64,000 bases of DNA from Flavobacteriales bacterium. Its GTDB lineage: Bacteria > Bacteroidota > Bacteroidia > NS11-12g > UBA955. The translations under genes were made by a program, and so were the position numbers. The stretch covers positions 77,272-141,271 of the forward strand of contig CANGWH010000001.1 of the NCBI GenBank assembly GCA_947457565.1, read 5' to 3'. Positions 53,855 to 63,795 of the stretch are shown in pieces. Position 1 is the stretch's first letter. Every line of letters begins with the position of its first letter. The notes under the pieces were generated by a model. The model was not told the DNA's origin. It saw nothing but the letters and a program-made list of their open reading frames with translations, and made no database searches.

Positions 53855-55261
53855 TTATAAACTAAGTAAGCGTGCTATATCTACCCAGAAAACGAATGCC
53901 ATTAATGATAATAACACGATCATTCCTATAATCTGCCCAACGTATAAGACCTTTTCTGTTACTGGTTTTCCTGTAATCATTTCCCATAATATGAACATCA
54001 TATGTCCACCATCCAAGGCAGGGATGGGTAATATATTCATAAAGGCTAAGGTTAAACTCAAAATTGCGGTTAACGACCAAAACCTACCCCAATCCCATGT
54101 ACCACCAAACATTTGAGCAATACCTACTGGACCGGCTAATGATTTAGAGGCATCTACTTGCCCGGAGGCCACTTTGCCAAGCGATTTAGCGGTACCGCCA
54201 ATTAACGAAAATGAACGTTGGGTTCCCAACGTTATAGACTCTAGAACAGAATAATGAACTGTTTTTACCAACTGTTTCAATTCTAAATCTTTAGGCATAA
54301 ACCCTAAGGTACCTTCGGTAGTTGCTTCGGCATTAAGAAGTACTGTGTCCATGACTTTCGGCTGATTACTTGCTGCCTGAGCATCGGATACTGTAGTTTC
54401 ATCATTTATTCGTACTACAGACAATACCATCTTTTTTCCTGCATAAGACCTTAGTAATTCTCTGAATTCAAAAAACGACTGAACTGAAACGGTATCTAAT
54501 TTAATAATTCTATCACCCGCCTTCAATCCTGCTTTTGAGGCATTGCTACCTCCAAGGACTGTTTCAATACTAAACCCTACTCTGGGAGCAAAAATTGGAT
54601 ATTCTTTCTCTATATCCGTTAAAGTGGCGAGTTGTTCTTCAAGATTATTGGGTAATTGTAACGTTTTCCGGTCACCATTTCTATCAATGATTACTTCTTT
54701 TTTATCGGCTAATAAAAAGGAAGGATCACCAAATTCCGATTGCAAATTATCTACGGGTTTACCATTCAGGCTGATAATTTTATCTCCGGTCTGAAACCCT
54801 AACTTTCTGGCTACAGGACCTGCGTAAACTCCTCCTAACTCAGATAACTTATCATTGGGGATATATTTTTCTCCCTGAATAAATGTAGAAATTACCATGA
54901 TCAAAATCCCTAGGATTAGATTCACGATTACTCCGCCGGTTATTACAATTAGCCGCTGCCAAGCTGGTTTACTGCGATATTCCCACGCTTGCGGTTCAGC
55001 TTTTAATTGATCTTTATCCAAACTTTCATCCACCATTCCAGCAATTTTAACATAGCCACCCAGGGGTAGCCAGCCTATTCCGTATTCGGTGTCACCTTTT
55101 TTGAAACTGAATAATTTAAAGCCCCATGCATCAAAAAATAAATAGAATTTCTCAATACGAATCCCAAAAGCGCGGGCAGCCCAGAAATGTCCGCATTCGT
55201 GTAACGTGATTAAGATTGATAGGGCAAGGACAAATTGTGCAGCGGTGATTAAAGCTTCCAT
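53855..55261 (-). CDS. rseP: RIP metalloprotease RseP (site-2 protease)
   Basis: HECGHFWAAR (HExxH), two PDZ-like segments (GD.I..LNG, GDRIIKLD), and NILPIPALDGGH. The ORF-track start 55288 was trimmed to ATG 55261. Confidence 0.92.
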   Translation of the reverse strand: MEALITAAQFVLALSILITLHECGHFWAARAFGIRIEKFYLFFDAWGFKLFSFKKGDTEYGIGWLPLGGYVKIAGMVDESLDKDQLKAEPQAWEYRSKPAWQRLIVITGGVIVNLILGILIMVISTFIQGEKYIPNDKLSELGGVYAGPVARKLGFQTGDKIISLNGKPVDNLQSEFGDPSFLLADKKEVIIDRNGDRKTLQLPNNLEEQLATLTDIEKEYPIFAPRVGFSIETVLGGSNASKAGLKAGDRIIKLDTVSVQSFFEFRELLRSYAGKKMVLSVVRINDETTVSDAQAASNQPKVMDTVLLNAEATTEGTLGFMPKDLELKQLVKTVHYSVLESITLGTQRSFSLIGGTAKSLGKVASGQVDASKSLAGPVGIAQMFGGTWDWGRFWSLTAILSLTLAFMNILPIPALDGGHMMFILWEMITGKPVTEKVLYVGQIIGMIVLLSLMAFVFWVDIARLLSL

Positions 55262-55275
55262 TAAATTACAAAACA

Positions 55276-55283
55276 CAAAGATA
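55276..55283 (-). promoter_or_regulatory. -7 promoter box TATCTTTG (reverse strand) upstream of rseP
   Basis: The reverse complement of caaagata is an exact TAnnTTTG match, 14 nt upstream of ATG 55261. Confidence 0.45.
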
Positions 55284-55331
55284 TCCAATCTTATTGTTTT
55301 TCGGATTTTTAATCGGATGAAAAAGCGTTTA

Positions 55332-55351
55332 TAAACGATTATAATCGTTTA
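55332..55351. repeat. Perfect 20-bp palindrome TAAACGATTATAATCGTTTA, interlocked with flanking shorter palindromes
   Basis: Read directly from the sequence. CGTTTATAAACG (55326-55337) and GTTTAAAC (55347-55354) overlap its ends. It lies in the 143-bp spacer between the GNAT stop and the rseP start. Confidence 0.8.
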
Positions 55352-55404
55352 AACTATCGGTTAAAGCGGCCTATTGGTCCTAAATTGGGCAATTGTATTC
55401 ACTG

Positions 55405-55830
55405 TTATAGCGGCTTTGTCATTTTCCAATGCGGTATACCCACTTCTTCAAATACATTACCTTCTTTGGTATACCCCAAGTTTTCGTAAAAACTTACCGC
55501 TGTTTCTCGAGCATGTAATACAACTGCATCTAATTCTAAACTTTTTGAAAGTTGTTCAAAGAAATTCACCATATTCTTACCTACTCCAACGGATTGAATT
55601 TCGGACAAGACCGCAACTTGCCGCATTTTTGCTTTGCCATTACTTGCTGACATTATCATGGTACCAACAACCTGACGCCCAATTTTAGTAACTATATGCA
55701 GATCCGATACCTCGGTGGCTAATTGCACGGGATCAAATTGGAGGTTTAGTGGCTGTCTAAGAACCTTATCTCTAACAGCCACGGCTTGATAATAGTCTTT
55801 ACTTCGAAAATCAACTACCTCAGTAATCAT
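55405..55830 (-). CDS. GNAT family N-acetyltransferase
   Basis: 141 aa. Acetyl-CoA loop QSVGVGKNMV and C-terminal FYENLGY. ATGA overlap with the maeB stop. Confidence 0.8.
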   Translation of the reverse strand: MITEVVDFRSKDYYQAVAVRDKVLRQPLNLQFDPVQLATEVSDLHIVTKIGRQVVGTMIMSASNGKAKMRQVAVLSEIQSVGVGKNMVNFFEQLSKSLELDAVVLHARETAVSFYENLGYTKEGNVFEEVGIPHWKMTKPL

Positions 55831-58088
55831 TCTTTATCTTGTGCTTCGCAAACAGCTAGGGCAGTCATGTTAACAATTTCTCGAACAGAGGAACTGTGAT
55901 GAAGAATATGAACGGATTTTTTGAACCCTAGTAACACAGGCCCAATGGATTCGGCCATACCCATAGCGCGCATCAACTGATACGATGCATTACCTGTACT
56001 TAAATTACTGAATATAAACGCATTGGCGGATTTGTTGCCCAGTTTATTGAATGGGTATTGTTCAAATCGGGCTTTACCATCAACGGCATAAATAGGTTGC
56101 ATTTCACCATCCACACAAATTTCGGGATAGTCTTTATGAAGGATGGCAACTGCTTCCCTTACCATTTCTGGATATTTCCCGGGGGAGCTTCCAAAATTAC
56201 TGTAACTAATTAAAGCGATACGAGGATCCATCTGCAACGATTTAATTCTATCATAAACCATTTTAACTAGTTGCACATAGGTATCCACGGTATAATCGAT
56301 ATTCACTGTGGTGTCCGCTAAAAACATGGGACCTGATTTGGTCATCATGATATGCATTCCAGCCAACTTGCTATGTTCTTTTTTCAATCCAATTACCTCA
56401 ATGGCTGGTTTAAGTGCGATGGGATAATTTCTACTTAAGCCAGAAATAAAGGCATCGGCATCCCCTTGTTCCACCATCATGGCTCCATAATAATTACGGT
56501 TTCGCATTTTATATTCCGCCTCGTATTCGGTTAGCCCTTTTCGCGCTCTTTGCTTGTACAAAATATCACCATAAACCTTTCGCTTATCGGTTTCTAATCT
56601 AGGATCTACAACAACCGCATTTTGAATTTCGATATTATTTTCTTGCATTAAACGATCGATAACCTCTTGTTTTCCCAACAAAATCGGTTTACAAATTCCT
56701 TCGTTGGCAGCCATTTGAGCGGCACGTAAAATGCTTACGTTATCGGCCTCGGCAAATACCACGCGTTTTGGAGCTGTTTTAGCTTTAAGCATTAAACGAT
56801 TTACGAAATCGTTATCGATACCTAAACGCTTTCTCAATGAAGCTTTGTATCCATCCCAATCGGTTATTGGAGCTCTAGCTACACCACTATCCATAGCAGC
56901 TTTGGCAACTGCCGGAGCTACGGTGGTCAATAATCGTGGGTCTAATGGCTTTGGAATGAAATAATTTCTACCAAAAGTGAGGTTTTGCTCGTTGTAGGCC
57001 ATCATCACGGATTCAGGCACGGGCTCCATGGCTAAATCGGCGATTGCTCTAACGGCGGCCAATTTCATTTCCTCGTTGATAGCTGTAGATCGAACGTCTA
57101 ACGCACCCCGGAAGATAAAAGGAAAGCCCAAAACATTATTAACCTGATTGGGATAATCACTTCTACCGGTTGCCATGATAATATCGGGCCTTGCCGCAAC
57201 GGCGGTGTTGTAATCAATTTCTGGGTCCGGATTAGCCATGGCAAAAACTATTGGATCGTTAGCCATCGACCGTATCATATCTTGGCTTAGTATATTCCCT
57301 TTGCTCAAGCCTACGAACACATCTGCATTTACCAATGCTTCTTCTAAATTCGTGGCGGTTGCATCGGTAGCGAACTGTTGTTTGTACTTATCTAGATCGG
57401 TTCTCGACTTATGCAAGACACCTTTAGAATCAAGCATTATAATATTCTCCTTGCGTGCACCAAGGCTTACAAACAATTTGGTACAAGCAATGGCCGATGC
57501 ACCGGCACCATTCACGACCAAACGTACATCTTCAATCTTTTTATTAACGATGCGCAATGCGTTGATTAAACCAGCGCCTGAAATAATAGCGGTTCCGTGT
57601 TGATCATCGTGCATTATTGGAATGTTCAACTCCGCTTTTAACCTCTCTTCGATTTCAAAACTCTCGGGAGCTTTAATATCTTCCAAATTAATTCCACCAA
57701 AGGTGGGCTCCATCGCTTTTACAGTGCGCACAAAGTCGTCTACATCCTTGCAGTTTAATTCGATATCAAACACATCGATATCGGCAAAAATTTTAAATAA
57801 TACACCCTTCCCTTCCATTACTGGCTTAGACGCTTCCGGACCAATATCACCTAACCCTAAAACGGCAGTACCATTGGATATTACGGCTACCAAATTGCCT
57901 TTGGCTGTATATTTATAAACATCATCAACGTTTTCTGCGATCGCCAAGCAGGGCTCAGCCACCCCGGGGGAGTAAGCCAAGGCTAAATCGAATTGAGTTT
58001 GCGTAGGTTTTGTTGAGATTACTTCAATTTTCCCTGGTCTTCCATCGGCATGGTAACTTAGGGCGTCCAATAATTTCTTCTTCGACAT
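55827..58088 (-). CDS. maeB: NADP-dependent malic enzyme with a C-terminal phosphotransacetylase-like domain
   Basis: 753 aa. Malic enzyme N-terminal and NAD-binding domains (LALAYSPGVA, VVNGAGASAIA) plus a PTA-like C-terminal half. Confidence 0.92.
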   Translation of the reverse strand: MSKKKLLDALSYHADGRPGKIEVISTKPTQTQFDLALAYSPGVAEPCLAIAENVDDVYKYTAKGNLVAVISNGTAVLGLGDIGPEASKPVMEGKGVLFKIFADIDVFDIELNCKDVDDFVRTVKAMEPTFGGINLEDIKAPESFEIEERLKAELNIPIMHDDQHGTAIISGAGLINALRIVNKKIEDVRLVVNGAGASAIACTKLFVSLGARKENIIMLDSKGVLHKSRTDLDKYKQQFATDATATNLEEALVNADVFVGLSKGNILSQDMIRSMANDPIVFAMANPDPEIDYNTAVAARPDIIMATGRSDYPNQVNNVLGFPFIFRGALDVRSTAINEEMKLAAVRAIADLAMEPVPESVMMAYNEQNLTFGRNYFIPKPLDPRLLTTVAPAVAKAAMDSGVARAPITDWDGYKASLRKRLGIDNDFVNRLMLKAKTAPKRVVFAEADNVSILRAAQMAANEGICKPILLGKQEVIDRLMQENNIEIQNAVVVDPRLETDKRKVYGDILYKQRARKGLTEYEAEYKMRNRNYYGAMMVEQGDADAFISGLSRNYPIALKPAIEVIGLKKEHSKLAGMHIMMTKSGPMFLADTTVNIDYTVDTYVQLVKMVYDRIKSLQMDPRIALISYSNFGSSPGKYPEMVREAVAILHKDYPEICVDGEMQPIYAVDGKARFEQYPFNKLGNKSANAFIFSNLSTGNASYQLMRAMGMAESIGPVLLGFKKSVHILHHSSSVREIVNMTALAVCEAQDKE

Positions 58089-58190
58089 AGATTACTTGCA
58101 AAGATAAGATGGTGGTTTAAAAAAAATCGGCAAACAGCATTTACCTTTTCCCTTGTTCGCGTATTGGTGCAAAAAATTAAACAGATTACC

Positions 58191-60713
58191 ATGAAACTAG
58201 TAACAAAATCGAGGAAGACATTACTCCTAACGTTAGCCGGAATTGCCGGTATCTCCATGGCGAGCAATTTAAGTGTGAATAGAAGTTTACAAAAAAATCC
58301 CGAGGAACGGTGGCCCTACATTTACGCCATTGATTCTACTGGAAAAATTGTAGATTCCATGGCCTATAAAAACGAATCGTTTTTCGCCGATAAACTAAAA
58401 GAAAAAATACAGTTAGCGATAAAAGAAAAGGACGGAAAGCTAATCCCTGTATATCGATGGCAATCATTCAATCAACCGATTTCAAGACCCGCTTTTCCCG
58501 TATCAGACAAGCGAAAAACGGTTTGTAGTATAGAATGGGTAAGTCAATTTCATCTACCCCAATCTACCATTGAATTAGCCATTACAGAGTATCACCAAAA
58601 AATTGCACGCGAGGAGCAAATAGCCAGAGAAAAATACGAAGCGAGAGCCATCGACTCGTTTTTACGAATATCAAAAACAGCTAAGAAAGACAGCTGGGAT
58701 CGATTTGCAACCTTGGTAGTAGACGCAGGCTTAGCCCATTGTTCGGCCATGATTCCCTATCAGCCTATTTTAAAGGGATATTACAGTAATAAAATTGAAA
58801 AAGGATTGGTGCTTACCGATGAAAACCGAAAATATATCGCACCGTTTTACTTTAATTCTGATTTAATTTATAGGGAAAAGTTACGCACTAAAGTAAATGG
58901 ATCTGATGGCGGGGTAGATTATAGAAAGGTGGCTCTCTCAAAAAGTCCTTCTGGAACTTCAAAAAGCCCATCGGGAATTCGACATGACGTAAGTCCTAGT
59001 TATTCTGGGGATAGAGAAAGTTCAACTTCCGTAATCAGCGATGATGTTATCAAAGATAAAAGTGCTGATTTAGTTGAGTATTCCAAAATCGAACCTGCAA
59101 GGATGATGGAATTGCCTAAATCTTCGGTTGCTCCTGTAAAGGGGGATGAAATAAAGATGTTAAAGAGTGTTACCGATATGAAGTTGGCGAGTACGGGTAC
59201 AAGCAGCAGTATTGCTCCGGGTCAAATTACAGCCGGAATTTGGAATGATGTAGACCACTGGGATGCATTTCAAAAAACACATCAAGACCCTGCTGTTGCT
59301 GGAATTGCCCAACGTTGGGGGATGCAATTTGATCGACAGATAATAAAATTGTCCGATAAAAATGGTAAGCCGTTGGTGGATGCAACTGTAGAATTGTTCA
59401 ATCAACAAAATAAGCGAGTATGGATTTGCAAAACAGATAATCGAGGTCTTGCCGTAATGTATTTGAATTTTCAGGGTCCTTTAGAAAGTAACGGAAGTAC
59501 GTATCGCGGAATTCCATCGGCCATCGAAAAGCCAGGCACGGCTTCTATTACTAAAATCCCTAGCGAAATCAGTGCTAATGCGGCCGGTGAAAATGGTAAA
59601 CTATCCGAAAAAGGAGTAAAATCGAATGCTACCACCGGTAAATTAGTAGTTATTTACAATGAAAAAGTTTTCGAACGAAAAAATTGGAAGTTAACCCCAA
59701 ATTATGCTGCAGAGGAATTGCAAATCACTCAATTTGAGACTCAGATTAACCGAACTGTTGATATTTGTTTAGTAGTAGATGCTACGGGCTCGATGGGCGA
59801 TGAATTGCACTATTTAAAATCAGAGATGATGGATGTGATGATGCGCGCTCAAGGTGCAAGTCCGTGTGCTAAATTTCGATTCTCTTCGGTATTTTATCGA
59901 GATTTAGGCGATGCTTATGTAACTAAATCCACACCATTTACAGATCGAGTAGACGATGTAATTGCCTATGTAAATGAACAATCTGTAGGCGGCGGAGGGG
60001 ATTTCCCAGAAGCGGTTGATTCTGCATTAGCTACCGCAGTAAACGGATTAGCTTGGAGTCCACAGGCCATTACAAGAATACTATTTTTAGTATTGGATGC
60101 TCCTGCCCATGACTATGCCGCATTAAAATTAAGAGAAACTATTGAAAAAGCGGCACGATTGGGGATAAAAATCATTCCCATTGCTGCGAGTGGAATCGAC
60201 AAAAATTCCGAATTTCTTTTCAAGTACATGGCCACTGCAACCTACGGAGATTATTTATATATCACCGATCATTCCGGAATTGGGGGTAGCCATTTGAAAC
60301 CAACGGGTGTTAAAGAAAACAAACAGTATTTAAATGATTTAATGGTTGAATTAATTGCAAAATACAGTCAATTTGAAGGTTGTGATCCTCAAACACAGTC
60401 GCAAATGCAACCGCGTATTGAATTATTTGGCGATCAGGATATCCAAATTCAAGCTTATCCAAACCCTGCAATTAGTGACTTATCGATACAAAGTAATGCA
60501 GAAATTGAAGCGGCGGAGATCACCACATTGAATGGACGAGTTGTAAAATTATTTGAAAAAATCGGCCAAAAAAGCACTTATATCAGCGTAGACGGATTAA
60601 CTGCTGGTATTTATGTTTTACGGTGTAAAATAAGCCAAAGCGAAAAAGTATACACAACGAAAATTTTAGTTATGCCTTCAGGAAACAATCATGCTAATGG
60701 ATCCAACAACTAA
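58191..60713 (+). CDS. Large secreted VWA-domain protein with a T9SS type A C-terminal sorting domain
   Basis: Signal peptide (MKLVTKSRKTLLLTLAGIAGISMA). Unknown ~230-aa helical N-domain. Ser/Pro-rich linker with a SKSPSG tandem repeat. Beta-sandwich-like segment (KLSDKNGKPLVDATVELF). VWA/MIDAS region VVDATGSMGDE. C-terminal IQAYPNPA ... GIYVLRC ... TKILV. The ORF-track TTG 58164 was trimmed to ATG 58191. Confidence 0.75.
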   Translation: MKLVTKSRKTLLLTLAGIAGISMASNLSVNRSLQKNPEERWPYIYAIDSTGKIVDSMAYKNESFFADKLKEKIQLAIKEKDGKLIPVYRWQSFNQPISRPAFPVSDKRKTVCSIEWVSQFHLPQSTIELAITEYHQKIAREEQIAREKYEARAIDSFLRISKTAKKDSWDRFATLVVDAGLAHCSAMIPYQPILKGYYSNKIEKGLVLTDENRKYIAPFYFNSDLIYREKLRTKVNGSDGGVDYRKVALSKSPSGTSKSPSGIRHDVSPSYSGDRESSTSVISDDVIKDKSADLVEYSKIEPARMMELPKSSVAPVKGDEIKMLKSVTDMKLASTGTSSSIAPGQITAGIWNDVDHWDAFQKTHQDPAVAGIAQRWGMQFDRQIIKLSDKNGKPLVDATVELFNQQNKRVWICKTDNRGLAVMYLNFQGPLESNGSTYRGIPSAIEKPGTASITKIPSEISANAAGENGKLSEKGVKSNATTGKLVVIYNEKVFERKNWKLTPNYAAEELQITQFETQINRTVDICLVVDATGSMGDELHYLKSEMMDVMMRAQGASPCAKFRFSSVFYRDLGDAYVTKSTPFTDRVDDVIAYVNEQSVGGGGDFPEAVDSALATAVNGLAWSPQAITRILFLVLDAPAHDYAALKLRETIEKAARLGIKIIPIAASGIDKNSEFLFKYMATATYGDYLYITDHSGIGGSHLKPTGVKENKQYLNDLMVELIAKYSQFEGCDPQTQSQMQPRIELFGDQDIQIQAYPNPAISDLSIQSNAEIEAAEITTLNGRVVKLFEKIGQKSTYISVDGLTAGIYVLRCKISQSEKVYTTKILVMPSGNNHANGSNN

Positions 60714-60831
60714 ACCCTGTATTGACTTTTTTCATTAACGATATCGATGGCACTGTACTTTAATAATTTAGAATCGATATTGCTTTATGGAATAATACTC
60801 TTTGTCATTTTTACAATAGAACGGGCTGGAT

Positions 60832-60839
60832 TATCTTTG
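60832..60839 (+). promoter_or_regulatory. -7 promoter box TATCTTTG upstream of fumC
   Basis: Exact TAnnTTTG match, 8 nt upstream of ATG 60848. The ORF-track GTG 60839 lies inside the box. Confidence 0.45.
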
Positions 60840-60847
60840 TGGCACTT

Positions 60848-62260
60848 ATGACAAAATTCCGCGTTGAACACGATACCATGGGTGATGTAAATGTACCCAT
60901 TGATGCCTACTGGGGTGCGCAAACCGAAAGAAGCAGAAATAATTTCCGAATTGGACCGGAAGGTTCGATGCCTGTAGAGATTATTCGCGCTTTTGGTATA
61001 CTCAAAAAGAGTGCTGCCATGGCTAACCGTGATTTGGGAGCATTATCGGCCGAAAAGTGTGAGCTAATATGCAAGGTTTGTGACGAAATCATCGCAGGTA
61101 AATTAGATAAGGAATTCCCGTTGGTTATTTGGCAAACAGGCAGTGGCACACAAAGCAACATGAATATCAACGAAGTTGTTGCAAACCGTGCGCATGTATT
61201 GAATGGAGGATTATTGACTGATGAGAGCAAGGTTTTGCATCCAAACGATGATGTGAATAAGAGTCAAAGTTCTAACGACACCTTCCCTACGGCCATGAGC
61301 ATTGCTGTTTTCAAACAGGTAATTGATTATACATTACCGGGTTTACAAGCATTGAAAACTACTTTAAAACATAAAGCTCGCGAATACAAGGATATCGTAA
61401 AAATTGGTAGAACCCATTTCATGGATGCCACTCCCCTAACCTTGGGTCAGGAGTTTAGCGGTTATGTTCAGCAATTGGAGAACGGTATAGCGGCAATAAA
61501 TCGCGCTTTACCGATGGCGGCAGAATTAGCCTTAGGAGGTACTGCTGTTGGAACAGGTTTAAATACCCCAAAAGGATATTCAGAGTTAGTAGCTCAATAT
61601 ATCGCAAAAGAAAGCGAATTGCCGTTTGTTACTGCTCCTAACAAATTTGAAGCCCTTGCGGCTCACGATGCGATGGTAGAATTGCACGGAGCTATCAAAC
61701 GTGCGGCAGTGAGTTGTTTCAAAATTGCTAACGATATACGAATGCTAAGTTCTGGACCACGTTCAGGCATCGGAGAAATTTTAATCCCAGAAAACGAACC
61801 CGGTAGTTCAATTATGCCAGGTAAAGTGAACCCAACTCAGCCAGAAGCACTAACTATGGTTTGCGCGCAAATTATGGGGAACGATGTGGCCATTTCATTT
61901 GCCGCATCTCAAGGTCATTTTGAACTTAATGTTTATAAACCTGTAATTGCTTCTAATATGTTGCAAAGTGCGCGATTATTGGGTCAAGCTTGTTTGAGCT
62001 TTAACGAAAACTGTGCTATCGGCATTGAACCCAATCGAGATAATATTCAAAAATTAGTAGATCAAAGCTTAATGTTGGTAACGGCATTAAATACCCATAT
62101 CGGTTATGAAAATGCGGCTAAAATTGCTAAAAAAGCGCATAAAGAGAATTCAACCTTGAAAGAAGCTGCCATCGCATTAGGTTTGCTAACCGATGAACAG
62201 TTTAATGAGTGGGTTAGACCCGAAAAAATGGTGGGAAATCCGGACGAGTCGATTAAATAA
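60848..62260 (+). CDS. fumC: Class II fumarate hydratase
   Basis: [18 protein letters not shown], and the signature [13 protein letters not shown]. Confidence 0.95.
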   Translation: MTKFRVEHDTMGDVNVPIDAYWGAQTERSRNNFRIGPEGSMPVEIIRAFGILKKSAAMANRDLGALSAEKCELICKVCDEIIAGKLDKEFPLVIWQTGSGTQSNMNINEVVANRAHVLNGGLLTDESKVLHPNDDVNKSQSSNDTFPTAMSIAVFKQVIDYTLPGLQALKTTLKHKAREYKDIVKIGRTHFMDATPLTLGQEFSGYVQQLENGIAAINRALPMAAELALGGTAVGTGLNTPKGYSELVAQYIAKESELPFVTAPNKFEALAAHDAMVELHGAIKRAAVSCFKIANDIRMLSSGPRSGIGEILIPENEPGSSIMPGKVNPTQPEALTMVCAQIMGNDVAISFAASQGHFELNVYKPVIASNMLQSARLLGQACLSFNENCAIGIEPNRDNIQKLVDQSLMLVTALNTHIGYENAAKIAKKAHKENSTLKEAAIALGLLTDEQFNEWVRPEKMVGNPDESIK

Positions 62261-62265
62261 CTACT

Positions 62266-63102
62266 TTGTATTATACTTTAGAATCCGGCGACAAAATACT
62301 CAGCCTTCATTCACCTCAGGTGATGGGGATATTGAATATTACGCCGGATTCTTTTTATGCGGGCAGCAGAGTTGATAGCATTCAGGCGGTGGTAGATAAA
62401 GCGGGTCAAATGCTCAATGATGGTGCCGCTTTATTGGATATTGGCGGTCAAAGCACTAGACCTGGATCTGAGCCCGTATCGGCGCAGGAGGAATTGGAGA
62501 GAGTCTATCCTGCGGTTGAGGCAGTTCGTGAAGCTTTTCCTGCAACATGGATTTCCATTGATACTTACTATGCATCGGTGGTGAAAGGCTGCTCCAAACT
62601 ACGTTTTGATATTGTTAATGATATTTCGTCTGGTGAAGATGATAAAGATATGTTAAACACAGTTTCTCATGGGCGCTGGATTTACATCGCTATGCATAAA
62701 TTGGGTATGCCCAAAACAATGCAAGAAAATCCTACCTATGGTGAACCCATTCAAGAGGCTTTATTTACTTATTTCCTGCAAAAAACCCGACAAATTCGGA
62801 AATTCGGAATTAAGCAGATAATTCTAGATCCAGGATTTGGATTTGGTAAAACTTTGGATCAGAATTATCAATTATTAAATCGACTTAAACGATTACAATC
62901 GCTAAGTGCTCCAATATTAGTAGGTATTTCGCGTAAGAGCATGATTTACAACTTGCTTGAAACCACTCCAGAAGGTGCATTAAATGGTACTAGTGTATTG
63001 CACCTAGCCGCTCTACAAAACGGAGCTAATCTGTTACGAACACACGATGTAAAAGAGGCCGTAGAAACCATAAAACTATACAATAAGTTGCGAGAAGTTT
63101 AG
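62266..63102 (+). CDS. folP: Dihydropteroate synthase
   Basis: VMGILNITPDSF, DIGGQSTRPG, ILDPGFGFGK and GISRKS motifs. The start is uncertain: TTG 62266 as in the ORF track, and the first in-frame ATG (62323) would remove conserved upstream residues. Confidence 0.88.
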   Translation: MYYTLESGDKILSLHSPQVMGILNITPDSFYAGSRVDSIQAVVDKAGQMLNDGAALLDIGGQSTRPGSEPVSAQEELERVYPAVEAVREAFPATWISIDTYYASVVKGCSKLRFDIVNDISSGEDDKDMLNTVSHGRWIYIAMHKLGMPKTMQENPTYGEPIQEALFTYFLQKTRQIRKFGIKQIILDPGFGFGKTLDQNYQLLNRLKRLQSLSAPILVGISRKSMIYNLLETTPEGALNGTSVLHLAALQNGANLLRTHDVKEAVETIKLYNKLREV

Positions 63103-63126
63103 TCGTAAAAATATAGTAGTAACTAT

Positions 63127-63134
63127 TAACTTTG
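63127..63134 (+). promoter_or_regulatory. -7 promoter box TAACTTTG, 4 nt upstream of ATG 63139
   Basis: Exact TAnnTTTG match, with the same box-N4-ATG geometry as at 12449 and 44652. Confidence 0.5.
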
Positions 63135-63138
63135 CGAT

Positions 63139-63795
63139 ATGTCTGCACGCATAGCGCCCTCCATTTTATCGGCCGATTTCGGCAAATTGTACGAAGAAAT
63201 TCAAATGATTAATGACTCCCAGGCCGATTGGTTTCATGTGGATGTAATGGATGGAGTTTTTGTACCCAATATTTCTTTCGGTTTCCCGGTAATGAAACCC
63301 TTGAAAGCAAGCGCTAAGAAAACCTTGGATGTGCATTTAATGATTGTTGATCCTGATCGTTACACGGCTGCCTTTGCCGAAGCAGGAGCCCATATTTTAA
63401 CGGTGCATTACGAAGCCTGCACCCATTTGCATCGCTCGTTAAACAACATCAAAAATCATGGAATGCAGGCAGGTGTTGCACTAAATCCACACACCCCTGT
63501 TTCACTGCTAAAAGATATTCTACCTTTATGCGATCTAGTATGTTTAATGAGTGTTAATCCCGGATTTGGAGGTCAATCGTTTATAGAAAACACCTACACT
63601 AAAATTCGCGAATTAAAATCAATGATCAAAGAATGTGGAAGTAACACATTGATAGAAATTGATGGCGGTGTTACACTAGCCAATGCAAAAGCACTAACCG
63701 ATGCAGGCGCGGATGTTCTTGTTGCTGGAAATACCGTATTTGGTTCTGCCAATCCTATCCAGACAATTGCAGAACTAAAGTCGATTACCGCTTAA
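63139..63795 (+). CDS. rpe: Ribulose-phosphate 3-epimerase
   Basis: IAPSILSADF, HVDVMDG.FVPN, MSVNPGFGGQ.F and DGG motifs. Confidence 0.95.
   Translation: MSARIAPSILSADFGKLYEEIQMINDSQADWFHVDVMDGVFVPNISFGFPVMKPLKASAKKTLDVHLMIVDPDRYTAAFAEAGAHILTVHYEACTHLHRSLNNIKNHGMQAGVALNPHTPVSLLKDILPLCDLVCLMSVNPGFGGQSFIENTYTKIRELKSMIKECGSNTLIEIDGGVTLANAKALTDAGADVLVAGNTVFGSANPIQTIAELKSITA

Noticed and set aside
55374-55688. 104-aa forward-strand ORF spanning the GNAT gene region
   Set aside because: It is antisense to a GNAT gene with clear acetyl-CoA-binding motifs. Its translation is Leu/Phe-rich without features.
58058-58267. 69-aa reverse-strand ORF across the maeB / VWA-gene spacer
   Set aside because: It overlaps the maeB start and the signal-peptide region of the VWA gene. 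No motif or promoter supports it.
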